Positions 39,244 through 48,974 are shown, counted from the first letter of the stretch. The stretch is 49,471 bases of DNA from Pseudomonadota bacterium (GCA_043825735.1 JBDRRP010000004.1:62001-111471); one strand, 5' to 3'. Program-made: numbers and translations. The notes: generated by a model not told the origin, from the sequence alone.

Positions 39244-39865
39244 TCACTGGCCTGGCCACCCGTAGAACGCCGCCGTTGCCAATGCTGGCCGGCGGCCGGC
39301 ACTCACCGCGGCACTTCCGGCCGGGCGCTTTTTCACCGTGGCGATCCGGGCCCTGACAGGGATGTTCTCAGAGTGCAGGCCGGGCGTCTGGCCGTGCAGA
39401 TCGAATGCGATATCCACTTCCGGACGGAAGAAGCGAACGTGGGTGGAGCCGCCGAAATGGAACATGCCGAGCGGATCGCCCTTGAATCGCTGGGCCAATG
39501 GATCGCCGGCCATCATATGGTAAAGCGAATACGGCTGCGCCTTTATCCAGAACGGCTCATGCAGCCCGATGTTTGTCGCCACCCGGTACGGCGCCGACTC
39601 ACAGGCATTGGCGATCACGGCATCATCGGTCGGGCTGTCCACCGGGCGGCGGCCGTCGCGAAAACGACGGGTGAAGAAATCATCCCAGGATGCGAATCCG
39701 TAATAGGGCACCGCCGGATCACAGATAAAAACTGCCCGTGGGGTCGGTCAAGTATGGCGGCGTGCGCGGCACCTGCTCGAACATCTGCGTGAAAAGCATA
39801 AAGAGCTCCGGGTCGCCTTCGATCAGCGCCTTGAACTCTGGGTCGTTAACCTTCGGTGCCATCAT
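39244..39865 (-). pseudogene. Phosphatidylserine decarboxylase family (PsiD-like) gene with internal deletions
   Basis: Fragments EFKALIEGDPELFMLFTQMFEQVP / FICDP..PYYGF.SWDDFFTRRFR..IANACESAPY..FWIK.QPYSL / KGD.LGMFHFGGSTH; a frame change and the central His-containing segment is missing. Confidence 0.8.
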
Positions 39866-40096
39866 GGTTGCGCCCTCTCAAAAGCAGCCAAGGAAAACGA
39901 TCAAAATCTAACATGAAGACCCAACAGACACAAATCTGCAGTACCTGTTTTTGACATTCTGGCCGGAATGGATGAAATAAGCTATGCAATGGCTTTCAGC
40001 AGGCAATCCCGATAATCCGAGTTTTCCGCGGCGCAGCGCCCGGATGATCCGTTATCGGCCATCAAGCCTGACCGGCATCGGGAAAGGCGGAACAAT

Positions 40097-40306
40097 ATGG
40101 AAACGACATTCAAGATCACCGGCGACTACATTGAACTGACCAAGCTGCTGAAAATTACCGGCCTGTGCGACACCGGCGGCATGGCCCAGACCGTCACGGC
40201 CGATGGCCAGGTGTCTGTCGACGGCGCGGTGGAACTCCGCAAACGCTATAAAATCCGGCCAGGGCAAATCGTCACCTTTGCGGGCGACACCGTAACCGTG
40301 GGATAG
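40097..40306 (+). CDS. S4-domain RNA-binding protein (YaaA/YbcJ-like)
   Basis: YIELTKLLK.TGL.DTGG.A....DG.V.VDG.VELRKR.KIRPG. Confidence 0.9.
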   Translation: METTFKITGDYIELTKLLKITGLCDTGGMAQTVTADGQVSVDGAVELRKRYKIRPGQIVTFAGDTVTVG

Positions 40307-40367
40307 TGCCTGTGAGCGATTGACTTCTTCGAGCCGGCTCACGGTGAACGATAAAGGAGGAGGCCCA

Positions 40368-40601
40368 ATGATTTATCTGAGAAAAACAGTAGTGTGTCTG
40401 ACCCTGCTGCTCCTGCTCGCTGCCCCCGTTTTTTACGGCTGTGAAGGCAGCAAGCCGCGGGAGCAGGTCGACGACACGGTCAAAGAGCTCAGCGGGCAAA
40501 AAAAAGTGGACCAGATGAAACAGATGAAACAGGACATCGGCGCGATTCAGACCGGCCAGGACGAGCGGGTGAAGCAGCTCGATCAGACCACTGATAAATA
40601 A
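40368..40601 (+). CDS. Small putative lipoprotein
   Basis: AAAGGAGG RBS; basic then hydrophobic signal ending in FYG-C; helical charged mature part. Confidence 0.65.
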   Translation: MIYLRKTVVCLTLLLLLAAPVFYGCEGSKPREQVDDTVKELSGQKKVDQMKQMKQDIGAIQTGQDERVKQLDQTTDK

Positions 40602-40615
40602 CCGCCAGCCCGGGA

Positions 40616-41001
40616 GGGCAGAGGGTCGGAGGTCGGAGGGCAGAGGTCGGAGGTCGGAAAAACCCATAAAAAAAACCAACTGCGACTGCGAATTAACCGC
40701 AGATGGACGCAGATAGGGGTGGCGGCCTTCGGCCGGGAACAGCCAGAAGGCAGACGACAGACAACCGATAACGGTCGATTTTCTCTTAACTTTTCACTTT
40801 TTACCATTCACTGTTCGCTGCCCTTTCAACGACCCAAACGATCCTAACGCTCTAAACGATCTCAACGATCCGAACGATCCCAACGATCCCAACGATCCCA
40901 ACGATCCCAACGATCCCAACGATCCCAACGATCCCAACGATCCCAACGATCCCAACGATCCCAACGATCCTAACGCGCCACAGGCGCCAACCGTGCACCG
41001 C
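40616..41001. repeat. Composite repeat block with a 9-mer VNTR upstream of ovoA
   Basis: GGTCGGA/GGGCAGA heptamers 40616-40658; AACCGCAGATGGACGCAGAT; CGGCCTTCGGCCG; CAGAnnn and TTTCACT heptamers; 16 AACGATCCC-type units at 40828-40971; ACCGTGCACCG. Confidence 0.9.
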
Positions 41002-41023
41002 TTAACCTGTCCCGGAGGGCATC

Positions 41024-43132
41024 ATGGATATTCGGAACACCCGGACAATGATTCTCGACAAGGGGGCTCCCGAAGAAAAACGCTCGGAAATTCGGGAGTA
41101 TTTTCACAATACCTACACGCTCGATGAAAAGCTCTACGACACCCTGGCCTCAGACGAGGCCTTCTATCTGAGAGCTGAACCGCTGCGCCATCCACTGATC
41201 TTCTACTTGGGCCACACGGCGAGCTTTTATATCAACAAGCTCATCATCGCCAAGCTCATCGACGAGCGCATCAATCCGCGGTTCGAATCGATGTTTGCCG
41301 TGGGAGTGGATGAAATGAGCTGGGACGACCTGAACGACGCCCACTACGACTGGCCAAGCGTTGCCGAGGTCAAAGCCTACCGGGGCCAGGTGCGCGATGT
41401 CGTGGATGCGGTCATCGCCGCCCTGCCCCTTCAGATGCCCATCACCTGGGACAGTCCGTTTTGGGCCATCGTCATGGGGATCGAACACCAGCGGATCCAC
41501 CTGGAGACCTCGTCGGTGATTATCCGGCGCATGCCCATCGACAAGGTGCGGCCGCTCCCGCTGTGGGAGATCTGCACCGACACCGGCAAGGCGCCGGCCA
41601 ACCAGCTTTTGCCCGTTGCAGGCGGCCCGGTAGTACTGGGAAAATCAAGGGCTCACCCCCTCTATGGCTGGGACAACGAGTTCGGCCGCCACAGCGTCGA
41701 TGTCTGGGACTTTTCAGCCGCCCAGTACCTGGTCTCCAACCGGGAGTATCTCGGCTTCGTCGATAACCACGGATACGAGCGACAGGAGCTGTGGACCGAA
41801 GAAGGCCGGGAATGGCTGGTCTTTTCCAAGGCTCGCTATCCGCTGTTCTGGATCGAAGACGCAGGCAACTACCGGCTGCGGACCATGGCCCTGGAGATCG
41901 ACATGCCCTGGGACTGGCCCGTGGAGGTCAACTATCTGGAGGCAAAGGCCTTTTGCAACTGGATGGCCAAAAAGACCGGCAGCCCCGTGCGTCTTCCCAC
42001 AGAGGACGAATGGCATCGCCTGCACGATCTTCACGCCGTCCCGGACCAGCCCTACTGGGAAACCGCTCCGGGCAATATCAACCTTGAGCACTGGGCCTCG
42101 CCGTGCCCGGTGACTCGGTTCCAGTTCGGCCGGTTTTTCGATATCATCGGCAACGTGTGGCAGTGGACCGAAACACCCATCACTGGATTCGAGGGCTTTG
42201 AGGTGCACCCCTACTACGATGATTTTTCCACCCCCACCTTCGACACCCGGCATAATCTCATCAAGGGGGGCTCGTGGATATCGACCGGAAACGAGGCGAC
42301 CCGGGATGCGCGCTATGCCTTTCGGCGTCACTTCTTCCAGCATGCCGGCTTCAGGTATGTCGAATCCAAACAGCCGGTGGCCGTTCCCGAAGCCATGTAT
42401 GAAACCGACGCCCTGGTCTCCCAATACTGCGAGAGCCACTATGGCCCCGCCTATTTTGGCGTCGTCAATTTCCCGCTGGCCTGTGCGCGGCTTTGCCTTG
42501 AGAAGATGGCGGGAAAACCCAAAAACCGCGCCCTCGATCTGGGCTGCGCCGTGGGACGGGCCGCCTTCGAGTTGGCCCGGGAATTTGAGTTCGTCAACGG
42601 TCTTGATTTTTCCGCCCGATTTATCCGCGTCGCGTTCCAGATGCAGGAAAAGGGCGTGATTCACTATGAGCTGCCCGAAGAAGGAGAGATCGTCTCCTTT
42701 CACGAAAGACGCCTGTCCGATGTCGGGCTGGAATCGCTAAGCGGCCGGATCGAATTCTTCCAGGCCGACGCCGTCAACCTGAAACCGCTGTTCACCGGCT
42801 ACGACCTGATTCTCGCCGCCAACCTCATTGACCGCCTCTACGATCCGAAAAAGTTTCTCACCACCATCCACCAGCGGCTCAACCCGGGCGGCCTTCTGGT
42901 GCTCACATCCCCCTACACCTGGCTCGAAGAATTCACCAAAAAAAAGGACTGGGTGGGCGGCTTCAGAAAAGACGGGGAGCCGTACTTGACCCTGGAGGGT
43001 CTCGGCGACCTGCTGTCTGCGCATTTCCGGCAGGTCGGCGAACCCGTGGATATCCCTTTCGTGCTGCGCGAAACCCGCCGCAAGTTCCAGCATACCGTAT
43101 CGCAGGCGACAGTCTGGGAGAAAAAAGGGTAG
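41024..43132 (+). CDS. ovoA: 5-histidylcysteine sulfoxide synthase with C-terminal methyltransferase (ovothiol biosynthesis)
   Basis: LRHPLIFYLGHT, FAVGVDEMSWDDL, HQRIHLETSSV (HX3HXE Fe site), YGWDNEFG, YDDFS.PTFD, FRRHFFQHAGFRY, LDLGCAVGR, NLIDRL, SPYTWL. Confidence 0.93.
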   Translation: MDIRNTRTMILDKGAPEEKRSEIREYFHNTYTLDEKLYDTLASDEAFYLRAEPLRHPLIFYLGHTASFYINKLIIAKLIDERINPRFESMFAVGVDEMSWDDLNDAHYDWPSVAEVKAYRGQVRDVVDAVIAALPLQMPITWDSPFWAIVMGIEHQRIHLETSSVIIRRMPIDKVRPLPLWEICTDTGKAPANQLLPVAGGPVVLGKSRAHPLYGWDNEFGRHSVDVWDFSAAQYLVSNREYLGFVDNHGYERQELWTEEGREWLVFSKARYPLFWIEDAGNYRLRTMALEIDMPWDWPVEVNYLEAKAFCNWMAKKTGSPVRLPTEDEWHRLHDLHAVPDQPYWETAPGNINLEHWASPCPVTRFQFGRFFDIIGNVWQWTETPITGFEGFEVHPYYDDFSTPTFDTRHNLIKGGSWISTGNEATRDARYAFRRHFFQHAGFRYVESKQPVAVPEAMYETDALVSQYCESHYGPAYFGVVNFPLACARLCLEKMAGKPKNRALDLGCAVGRAAFELAREFEFVNGLDFSARFIRVAFQMQEKGVIHYELPEEGEIVSFHERRLSDVGLESLSGRIEFFQADAVNLKPLFTGYDLILAANLIDRLYDPKKFLTTIHQRLNPGGLLVLTSPYTWLEEFTKKKDWVGGFRKDGEPYLTLEGLGDLLSAHFRQVGEPVDIPFVLRETRRKFQHTVSQATVWEKKG

Positions 43133-43203
43133 GCAGTACATCGAATTGAGGAACCTGCTGATGCACAATCATCAAGTTGACTGTACCCGTAGCGCTGAAT
43201 GAG

Positions 43204-43282
43204 AACCACGAAGAACACGAAGAAAACCCTAAAAAACGATTCGATTTAAAAATCTTCGTGTCCTTCGTGAACTTCGTGGTGA
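43204..43282. repeat. 9-nt periodic palindrome
   Basis: ACCACGAAGAACACGAAG ... CTTCGTGTCCTTCGTGAACTTCGTGGT around an AT-rich spacer. Confidence 0.8.
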
Positions 43283-43328
43283 TCAAAAACATCGGGGGTT
43301 AGGGGCAACAGTTAACCGGGAGCATCTT

Positions 43329-44519
43329 ATGTCACCCATGTTTCAGCCCATCACGCTCGGCGCCGTGACCGTCAAAAACCGTTTCGTCCACTCGGCGACC
43401 CACGAAGCCATGGCCGCTGACGACGGCGCCGTTACCGAGGAGATGATAAAGCGCTACCGCCGCCTGGCCAAAGGGGACATCGGTCTCATCATTCCGGGAC
43501 ACCTTTTTGTGCATCCGCTCGGCAAGGCGCATGAAAAGCAGGGCGGCATCCATTCCGACGTCATGATTTCCGGCTTGAAGAACCTGGTTGATGCGGTGCA
43601 TGCCCATGATGGAATAATCGCTTTCCAACTGGCCCACGGCGGGAGCCAGTGTACCAGAAAAACACTTGGCCAGACCCCGCTGGCCCCCTCCGGCAACCGC
43701 AGAGATCCGGTCAGCCTCAACAAGCCCGTGCAAATGTCAGAGCACCAGATCCTGGAAACCATCGCGGCCTTCGCCTCGGCGGCCAAACGCGCTCGCGTCG
43801 CCGGGGCTGATGCCGTGCAGCTTCACGCCGCGCACGGGTATCTGATCAATGAATTTCTCTCCCCTTTTTACAATCACCGGAAAGATGCATGGGGCGGAAC
43901 CGATGCCGGCCGCTTTCGATTTTTAAAAGCGGTTTTTACGTCGGTAAGAGAAGCATTGCCCGACGGCATGCCGATTCTCGTCAAACTGAACACAAACGAT
44001 TATACCCCTCAGGCCGGTATCACGCCGGATCTTGCGGCCGTCTATACCCAGTGGCTGGTTGAACTGGGCGTGGCGGCCGTGGAAGTCAGCTGCGGCACTT
44101 ATTACGGTTTTAGGACCATTCGCGGCGCGATCCCCGGTGCGGAACTGGCCCGCGCCCTGCCGGCATGGATGAGACCGGTGGCCCGGGTTAAGATGCACCT
44201 GCAGGCAGCCGGCAACCGTTTCACAGAAGGCTACAATCTTTCTGCGGCCCAAACCATCAAGCCGGTGATGGCAGCGGTCCCCCTGATTCTGGTGGGAGGG
44301 ATGCGCCGTCTGTCCCACATGGAAGACATCGTTTCCAGGGGGGCTGCCGATATGATTTCCATGTCCCGCCCGTTTATCCGGGAGCCGTCGCTGGTGCGCC
44401 GATTTGCAGAGGGGACATCCTCAGAGGCATCTTGTGTTTCCTGCAACAAGTGTTTTGCTGCCATGTTCAACACCATGCCGGTGCGCTGTTATCGGAAAGG
44501 TTTGCCTTTAGACGGTTGA
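43329..44519 (+). CDS. NADH:flavin oxidoreductase (old yellow enzyme family)
   Basis: KNRFVHSAT, QLAHGG, DAVQLHAAHGYLINEFLSP..N.R.D.WGG, SRPFIREP, C.SCNKC tail. Confidence 0.92.
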   Translation: MSPMFQPITLGAVTVKNRFVHSATHEAMAADDGAVTEEMIKRYRRLAKGDIGLIIPGHLFVHPLGKAHEKQGGIHSDVMISGLKNLVDAVHAHDGIIAFQLAHGGSQCTRKTLGQTPLAPSGNRRDPVSLNKPVQMSEHQILETIAAFASAAKRARVAGADAVQLHAAHGYLINEFLSPFYNHRKDAWGGTDAGRFRFLKAVFTSVREALPDGMPILVKLNTNDYTPQAGITPDLAAVYTQWLVELGVAAVEVSCGTYYGFRTIRGAIPGAELARALPAWMRPVARVKMHLQAAGNRFTEGYNLSAAQTIKPVMAAVPLILVGGMRRLSHMEDIVSRGAADMISMSRPFIREPSLVRRFAEGTSSEASCVSCNKCFAAMFNTMPVRCYRKGLPLDG

Positions 44520-44602
44520 ACGAAATGTGCCAGTGGCGGATGACTGCCTGGAATCGACAAGGCAGCCACCGGTGTATCGATTGGCGTTTCGATCCTGCTT
44601 GC

Positions 44603-44651
44603 ATTGGTAAACAGAAATGGTTACCATGGTCTTACTCATATCTTACCATTA
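44603..44651 (+). promoter_or_regulatory. Probable TA operator/promoter region
   Basis: TGGTAA, ATGGTTACCAT palindrome and two TCTTAC repeats directly upstream of the antitoxin gene. Confidence 0.45.
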
Positions 44652-44677
44652 TATTGACTGATGTTTCCGAGGAACCA

Positions 44678-44929
44678 ATGGAAAAGACACGCTTGTCCGA
44701 TAAAGGCCAGATCGTTATCCCGAAGGCGGTGAGAATGCTGCACGGCTGGAAACCGGGACTTGAATTCATCGTCGAAGATGTTGGCGACGGCATCAAGTTA
44801 AAGCCCATGAAGCCGTATCAGGAAACCACCATCGAAGAAGTGGTGGGATGTGTCGGCTATAAAGGCCCTGCAAAATCGCTGCAGGATATGGAAGCGGCCA
44901 TTGCAAAAGGCGCAAAGGGAAACAGATGA
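44678..44929 (+). CDS. AbrB/MazE/SpoVT-family antitoxin
   Basis: TRLSDKGQIVIPKAVR...GWKPG..F swapped-hairpin motif; overlaps the toxin start (ATGA). Confidence 0.9.
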   Translation: MEKTRLSDKGQIVIPKAVRMLHGWKPGLEFIVEDVGDGIKLKPMKPYQETTIEEVVGCVGYKGPAKSLQDMEAAIAKGAKGNR

Positions 44930-45315
44930 TTGCCGTAGATTCGAATGTACTGGTCAGGGCGCTGACAAAAGATGACCCAGGTCAGGCAAAGCAAGCCGCG
45001 AAAATACTGGCTACCGATGACATATTCATCCCCAAAACCGTCTTTCTGGAAATGGCGTGGGTCTTAAGATATGCCTACGATATCGACAGGCGTGCCATCA
45101 TGACAGGTTTCCGAAAATTGATGGGCCTGCCTAATGTGAAGGTCGAAGATCAGCAAAATGTCTACCAGGCCATCTCATGGTATGAAGGCGGTCTTGATTT
45201 TGCCGATGCCCTCCACCTGGCGTCCAGTATGCATGCCGACAGATTCGTCACCTTTGACAAGGCCTTCATTAAAGCTGCCAGAAAACGCTCTCCGGTTGAC
45301 ATCTCGACACCGTAA
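44926..45315 (+). CDS. vapC: PIN-domain VapC toxin
   Basis: IAVDSNVLVR, V.LE..WVL, DFADALH, TFD acidic PIN motifs. Confidence 0.9.
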   Translation: MIAVDSNVLVRALTKDDPGQAKQAAKILATDDIFIPKTVFLEMAWVLRYAYDIDRRAIMTGFRKLMGLPNVKVEDQQNVYQAISWYEGGLDFADALHLASSMHADRFVTFDKAFIKAARKRSPVDISTP

Positions 45316-45368
45316 ATACCCATCTCATCACCCACCGTGAGCCCTCACTGTTTTTTAGGGCCTTTTCC

Positions 45369-46358
45369 TCAGAGCGTCACCACGATCTTGCCGATCTGCT
45401 GATTGGATTCCATGTAGCGATGGGCGTCGACGATGGCCTCGAAGGGAAATGTCCTGGCGATGACGGGCTTCAGTGCGCCGCGCGTGAGACCATCGGTCAC
45501 GAACTGTTTGCCGCGGGCGAGGCTGGCGGGATTGGACACGATTTCAAAAAGCGTATAGCCCCTCACACTCAGGCCTTTCTGGAGGGCGTCAAACAGCGGA
45601 AACGGTGTGGGCGCCAGCGACAGCGCGCCGTATTCAAAAATGGTGGCGCCGGGGGCGGCGGCCTGTGCCAGTTTTTCCAGGAAGGGCCCGGCAACCGGAT
45701 CGAAAATGATACGCGCGCCCTTTCCGGCCGTGATCGCTTTCACCCTTTCTCCCACATCTTCTGTATCGGTCACTATGACGTGATCTGCGCCGGCATCGAG
45801 GAGCGATTGCTTCTTGCTCTCACCGCGCGTTGTAGCAACGGCGGTGGCACCGAGTGACTTGGTGACCTGTATCGCCGCCAGCCCGACGCTGCTGCTGGCT
45901 GCCGTGATCAGGACCACGTCTTTGGCGGTCAGCTTGCCGTACTCGACCAGCGCGCCGTAGGCGGTCATGTACTGCATCCAGATGGCAGCGCCTTCAACCG
46001 GAGACAAGTTTTCCGGGTAGCGGGCCACGGCGTGGACCGGCACGACGGCGCTCTCGCCGTAGACGCCGTAGGCGCCCATCGAAAAGGCCGGAATGGTGCT
46101 CACGCGCTCGCCGATCTGAAACCCGCCGACACCGGGTCCGAGGGCATCTACCGTGCCGGCCGCTTCATAGCCGATGCGGGATGGAAACGTGGGGGGCTCA
46201 AGATAAATGCCCTGCCTAAACATTACTTCAGCGCGGTTGAGCCCCAGGGCCGCGACCTTGATCCGGATCTCACCTTTTCCCGGCTCAGACAGCGGCATTT
46301 CCTCGATCCTGAGCACATCGGCATCTCCGGCTTCATGAAAGCGAACGATTTTTGGCAT
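45369..46358 (-). CDS. MDR-family NADPH:quinone oxidoreductase / Zn-ADH-like protein
   Basis: GLNRAE..FR.G.Y, GYEAAG, ITAASSSVGLAAIQ, AHRYMESNQQIGKIVV. Confidence 0.9.
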   Translation of the reverse strand: MPKIVRFHEAGDADVLRIEEMPLSEPGKGEIRIKVAALGLNRAEVMFRQGIYLEPPTFPSRIGYEAAGTVDALGPGVGGFQIGERVSTIPAFSMGAYGVYGESAVVPVHAVARYPENLSPVEGAAIWMQYMTAYGALVEYGKLTAKDVVLITAASSSVGLAAIQVTKSLGATAVATTRGESKKQSLLDAGADHVIVTDTEDVGERVKAITAGKGARIIFDPVAGPFLEKLAQAAAPGATIFEYGALSLAPTPFPLFDALQKGLSVRGYTLFEIVSNPASLARGKQFVTDGLTRGALKPVIARTFPFEAIVDAHRYMESNQQIGKIVVTL

Positions 46359-46986
46359 GATGTTTTCCCCTTGATACTGATGATCTCACCTAAATGAGCT
46401 GAACCGTGTCAACGTGAGCTTTAGTGGTGACCGTATTCATCATCCTGAATATTTGGTATTACCTCCACACTCAGCGTTCTGTCGATGTTCAACATGCTCC
46501 AGAAATTGTGCAGTGCAATCCCCTTTAACTCAACAACTCCCCGGCTCACCTTGATCACCTCGATCACGCCACCGGACATGCCAGTTCTCCATTCAAAGAT
46601 GATCTCATGGGTGGCCGAATCTAAAAAGATCGTCTGACTGAACCGCGTATTCACCCCAGGCATTTCGCTCCCTCCCGTTGAAATGCCCGATAACGCCACG
46701 CTTAGCTTGGATTTTCTCCAAGCGGATCTCGCCACTGACGGTCAGCATCTTACCAGCTCCAAAAACACGAATGCCAGAAAGGCTGCACTTTTTGACGTGC
46801 ACCGTTCTGGCCCGATAGTTTGACGCTTATGCTGGTTACTCTCTGTAGCCCCAATGCCCCCCTGATGTCAATGGGTGAAGCCGTTTCGTGGACTCATCCG
46901 GCTTGCCTGAAGTCACCGGTTGACTGTTGATAGCGAAATTGCATAGAACCGGCTTCTGTGGATGGACACTCAGTTAAGGATTTTAA

Positions 46987-47802
46987 ATGAGCCGGCCTTG
47001 GCGCATCGTTGACAGCATTGATACCGATGAGGGGCTTCTGGATCTCCGGCAGCGGGGCGAGACGGATTTTCTGATCACCATCGGTGGGCGGGTGCTGATG
47101 AACGCCTCGGCCAACATTTCCGAGATCGTCCTGGCGCAGCTCGCGTGCGCGCCCCTGGAGCACAAGAAGAAACCTCGGGTGCTGGTGGGCGGTCTGGGCA
47201 TGGGGTTCACCCTGAAGGCGGCCCTCGACTGTCTCCCGCCGAATGCCGCGGTCGTGGTGGCCGAGCTCAACCCGATCATCGTCACCTGGTGCCGCGGACC
47301 AATGGCTCAATTGACGGACAGCGCCGTTGACGACCCGCGGGTCACGGTGGTGATCGATGATGTGGCCGCCGTCATCCGCGCTGCGGCCCTGAAGGGCACC
47401 GGGCATTGCTTTGATGCCATCATTCTGGATCTGTACGAAGGCCCGTACAAGGGATGGGAACATCTCTACGGAGAAGCGGCTCTGACGACCACCCGCTCGG
47501 CGTTGACGGCGGACGGCGTGCTTGCAGTGTGGTCGGAGGATCCGGACGCGGCCTTTGAAAAGCGGCTGAAAGCGACCCGGTTCTCCGTTAACCGGCAGCG
47601 TCCGGGCCGGGGCGGCCGGCACGTGGTGTACATCGCCAGAAAAACATCCGGCGCGCCGGCCGGCGGATCCCGCAACACCGGACCCGCTGGACGCAAGCTT
47701 CACTATCGGTGCCACTTTTCCAGTTGCGACACTTCAGCCCGTAGTCGTGTCAAGGTCTCCGGGGAATTGAACAGATTCCGGCACAGGCCGCATTTGCTGT
47801 AG
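46987..47802 (+). CDS. Spermidine-synthase-like SAM-dependent methyltransferase-fold protein
   Basis: LMN....SE..LA, VLVGGLGMGFTL.AAL, VAEL, FDAIILD...GP, G.LAVWS; extended 3' end. Confidence 0.82.
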   Translation: MSRPWRIVDSIDTDEGLLDLRQRGETDFLITIGGRVLMNASANISEIVLAQLACAPLEHKKKPRVLVGGLGMGFTLKAALDCLPPNAAVVVAELNPIIVTWCRGPMAQLTDSAVDDPRVTVVIDDVAAVIRAAALKGTGHCFDAIILDLYEGPYKGWEHLYGEAALTTTRSALTADGVLAVWSEDPDAAFEKRLKATRFSVNRQRPGRGGRHVVYIARKTSGAPAGGSRNTGPAGRKLHYRCHFSSCDTSARSRVKVSGELNRFRHRPHLL

Positions 47803-48608
47803 TTGATGATCTCACGGGCCTTCATACCGGCAAAGGATGCAATATGGGTTAACCCCAAGGTTCTAATGAGATTGTACAGCCGATCTGTTTCACTTTTCAT
47901 AAAAAGCTGCTCGATCGTATTGCCGCTCAGATTCCCGAGGTAAAAAAAGTTTGTTTCCTTGAAATGGGCCCCCGCATCGCAACAGGCGTTCATGTCAAGA
48001 TCAGGCGTCAGATAGGGGTTCATGTCGCAGCAGTTGGCCTGATAGTCGGTCAAAATGCGACGAGGCTTGAAAGATTGCGCGCGCCCGGCATAGATGACCG
48101 GCTCGGGAAAAAACGTGAGGCCGTGATCACGCAAAAACTGCTCATACGGATCATCGGCTTCGGAAAAATCGGTAACAAATGAAATGAAATAATCTATCCC
48201 GAGCTTCTGGCAACTGCGCGCCGCAGTCAACACGTTGTCCCTGTTTACATTTTCCTGGTGCCACCGTGAGAAGCTCAAACGCAACTGGCTAAGCCCGTTC
48301 TTTTTCAGCGCTGAAACAAAGTAGTCGGAATCGGCCGCCGTCTTTGCCCAAAAACAGTTGGTAACGATTCTCGTATAGATTCCGATTTGTCCGGCAAGAT
48401 TCACCAGCGCTGCAATGTCATCGAAATACAAAAACGGCTCACCCGCTGAAAAACTGATCCCGCCCACACCGGCCTGGGCCATTTCGGCAATGAGCGCTTT
48501 TGCCCTGGCAAGATCCATTTTCCGGCCGGCAGGAAGATCTCCCGCAGCCACGCAGTGGGCGCAACGAATATTGCACCGGGTTGAGTATCCAAAAGCGATT
48601 TTGCGCAT
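47703..48608 (-). CDS. Radical SAM protein with a Cys-rich C-terminus
   Basis: CNIRCAHC (CxxxCxxC), SAGEPF, TNCFWA, NCC...ACC...YLGNL...CGLC. Confidence 0.88.
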   Translation of the reverse strand: MRKIAFGYSTRCNIRCAHCVAAGDLPAGRKMDLARAKALIAEMAQAGVGGISFSAGEPFLYFDDIAALVNLAGQIGIYTRIVTNCFWAKTAADSDYFVSALKKNGLSQLRLSFSRWHQENVNRDNVLTAARSCQKLGIDYFISFVTDFSEADDPYEQFLRDHGLTFFPEPVIYAGRAQSFKPRRILTDYQANCCDMNPYLTPDLDMNACCDAGAHFKETNFFYLGNLSGNTIEQLFMKSETDRLYNLIRTLGLTHIASFAGMKAREIINYSKCGLCRNLFNSPETLTRLRAEVSQLEKWHR

Positions 48609-48974
48609 GCGATAGCCTACACGGGAAAATAACATTTTTGAAGAAATCATTATCCATTTCAAACAATATCGTTTTTCACGAATACGGCGGCGGTTATCAT
48701 TTCGCCTTCAACACATTGTATTTATTTCAATAATAATATTTGGTCCCCCTGGCAGGCTTCTTGCTCTATCTGAATGTAGACCGATGGGCATTGGTTTTTA
48801 GGGTAGCATTACCGGAAAATTCTCCCGGAAATCCCCGACCAAATTGAAAGAGCCCCCCTGTCGGTGGGGCTCTGGAATTCTGAACCGGTATTTCTGAAAG
48901 CCCGCCGTATCGGATTTGGCACAATAATCCCCCATCCGTTTCACTTCGTTTGAGATTTTCGGAAACTGGAGGTA

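Noticed and set aside
40828..40976. CRISPR array
   Set aside because: Contiguous 9-nt units with no unique spacers, and no cas genes in the window.
43136..43190. IS end remnant from the weak inverted repeat GTACATCGAATTGA / TCAAGTTGACTGTAC
   Set aside because: Short, imperfect and single-copy in the window, with no transposase fragment.
48916..48932. Sigma-54 promoter TTGGCACAATAATCCCC
   Set aside because: The -24 element is good but the -12 GC is missing.
48780..48960. SAM-I riboswitch suggested by minus-strand GTGCCAAATCC
   Set aside because: The other conserved SAM-I elements (ATC..GAG, GA.GGA..GGCCC, GCAACC) are absent.
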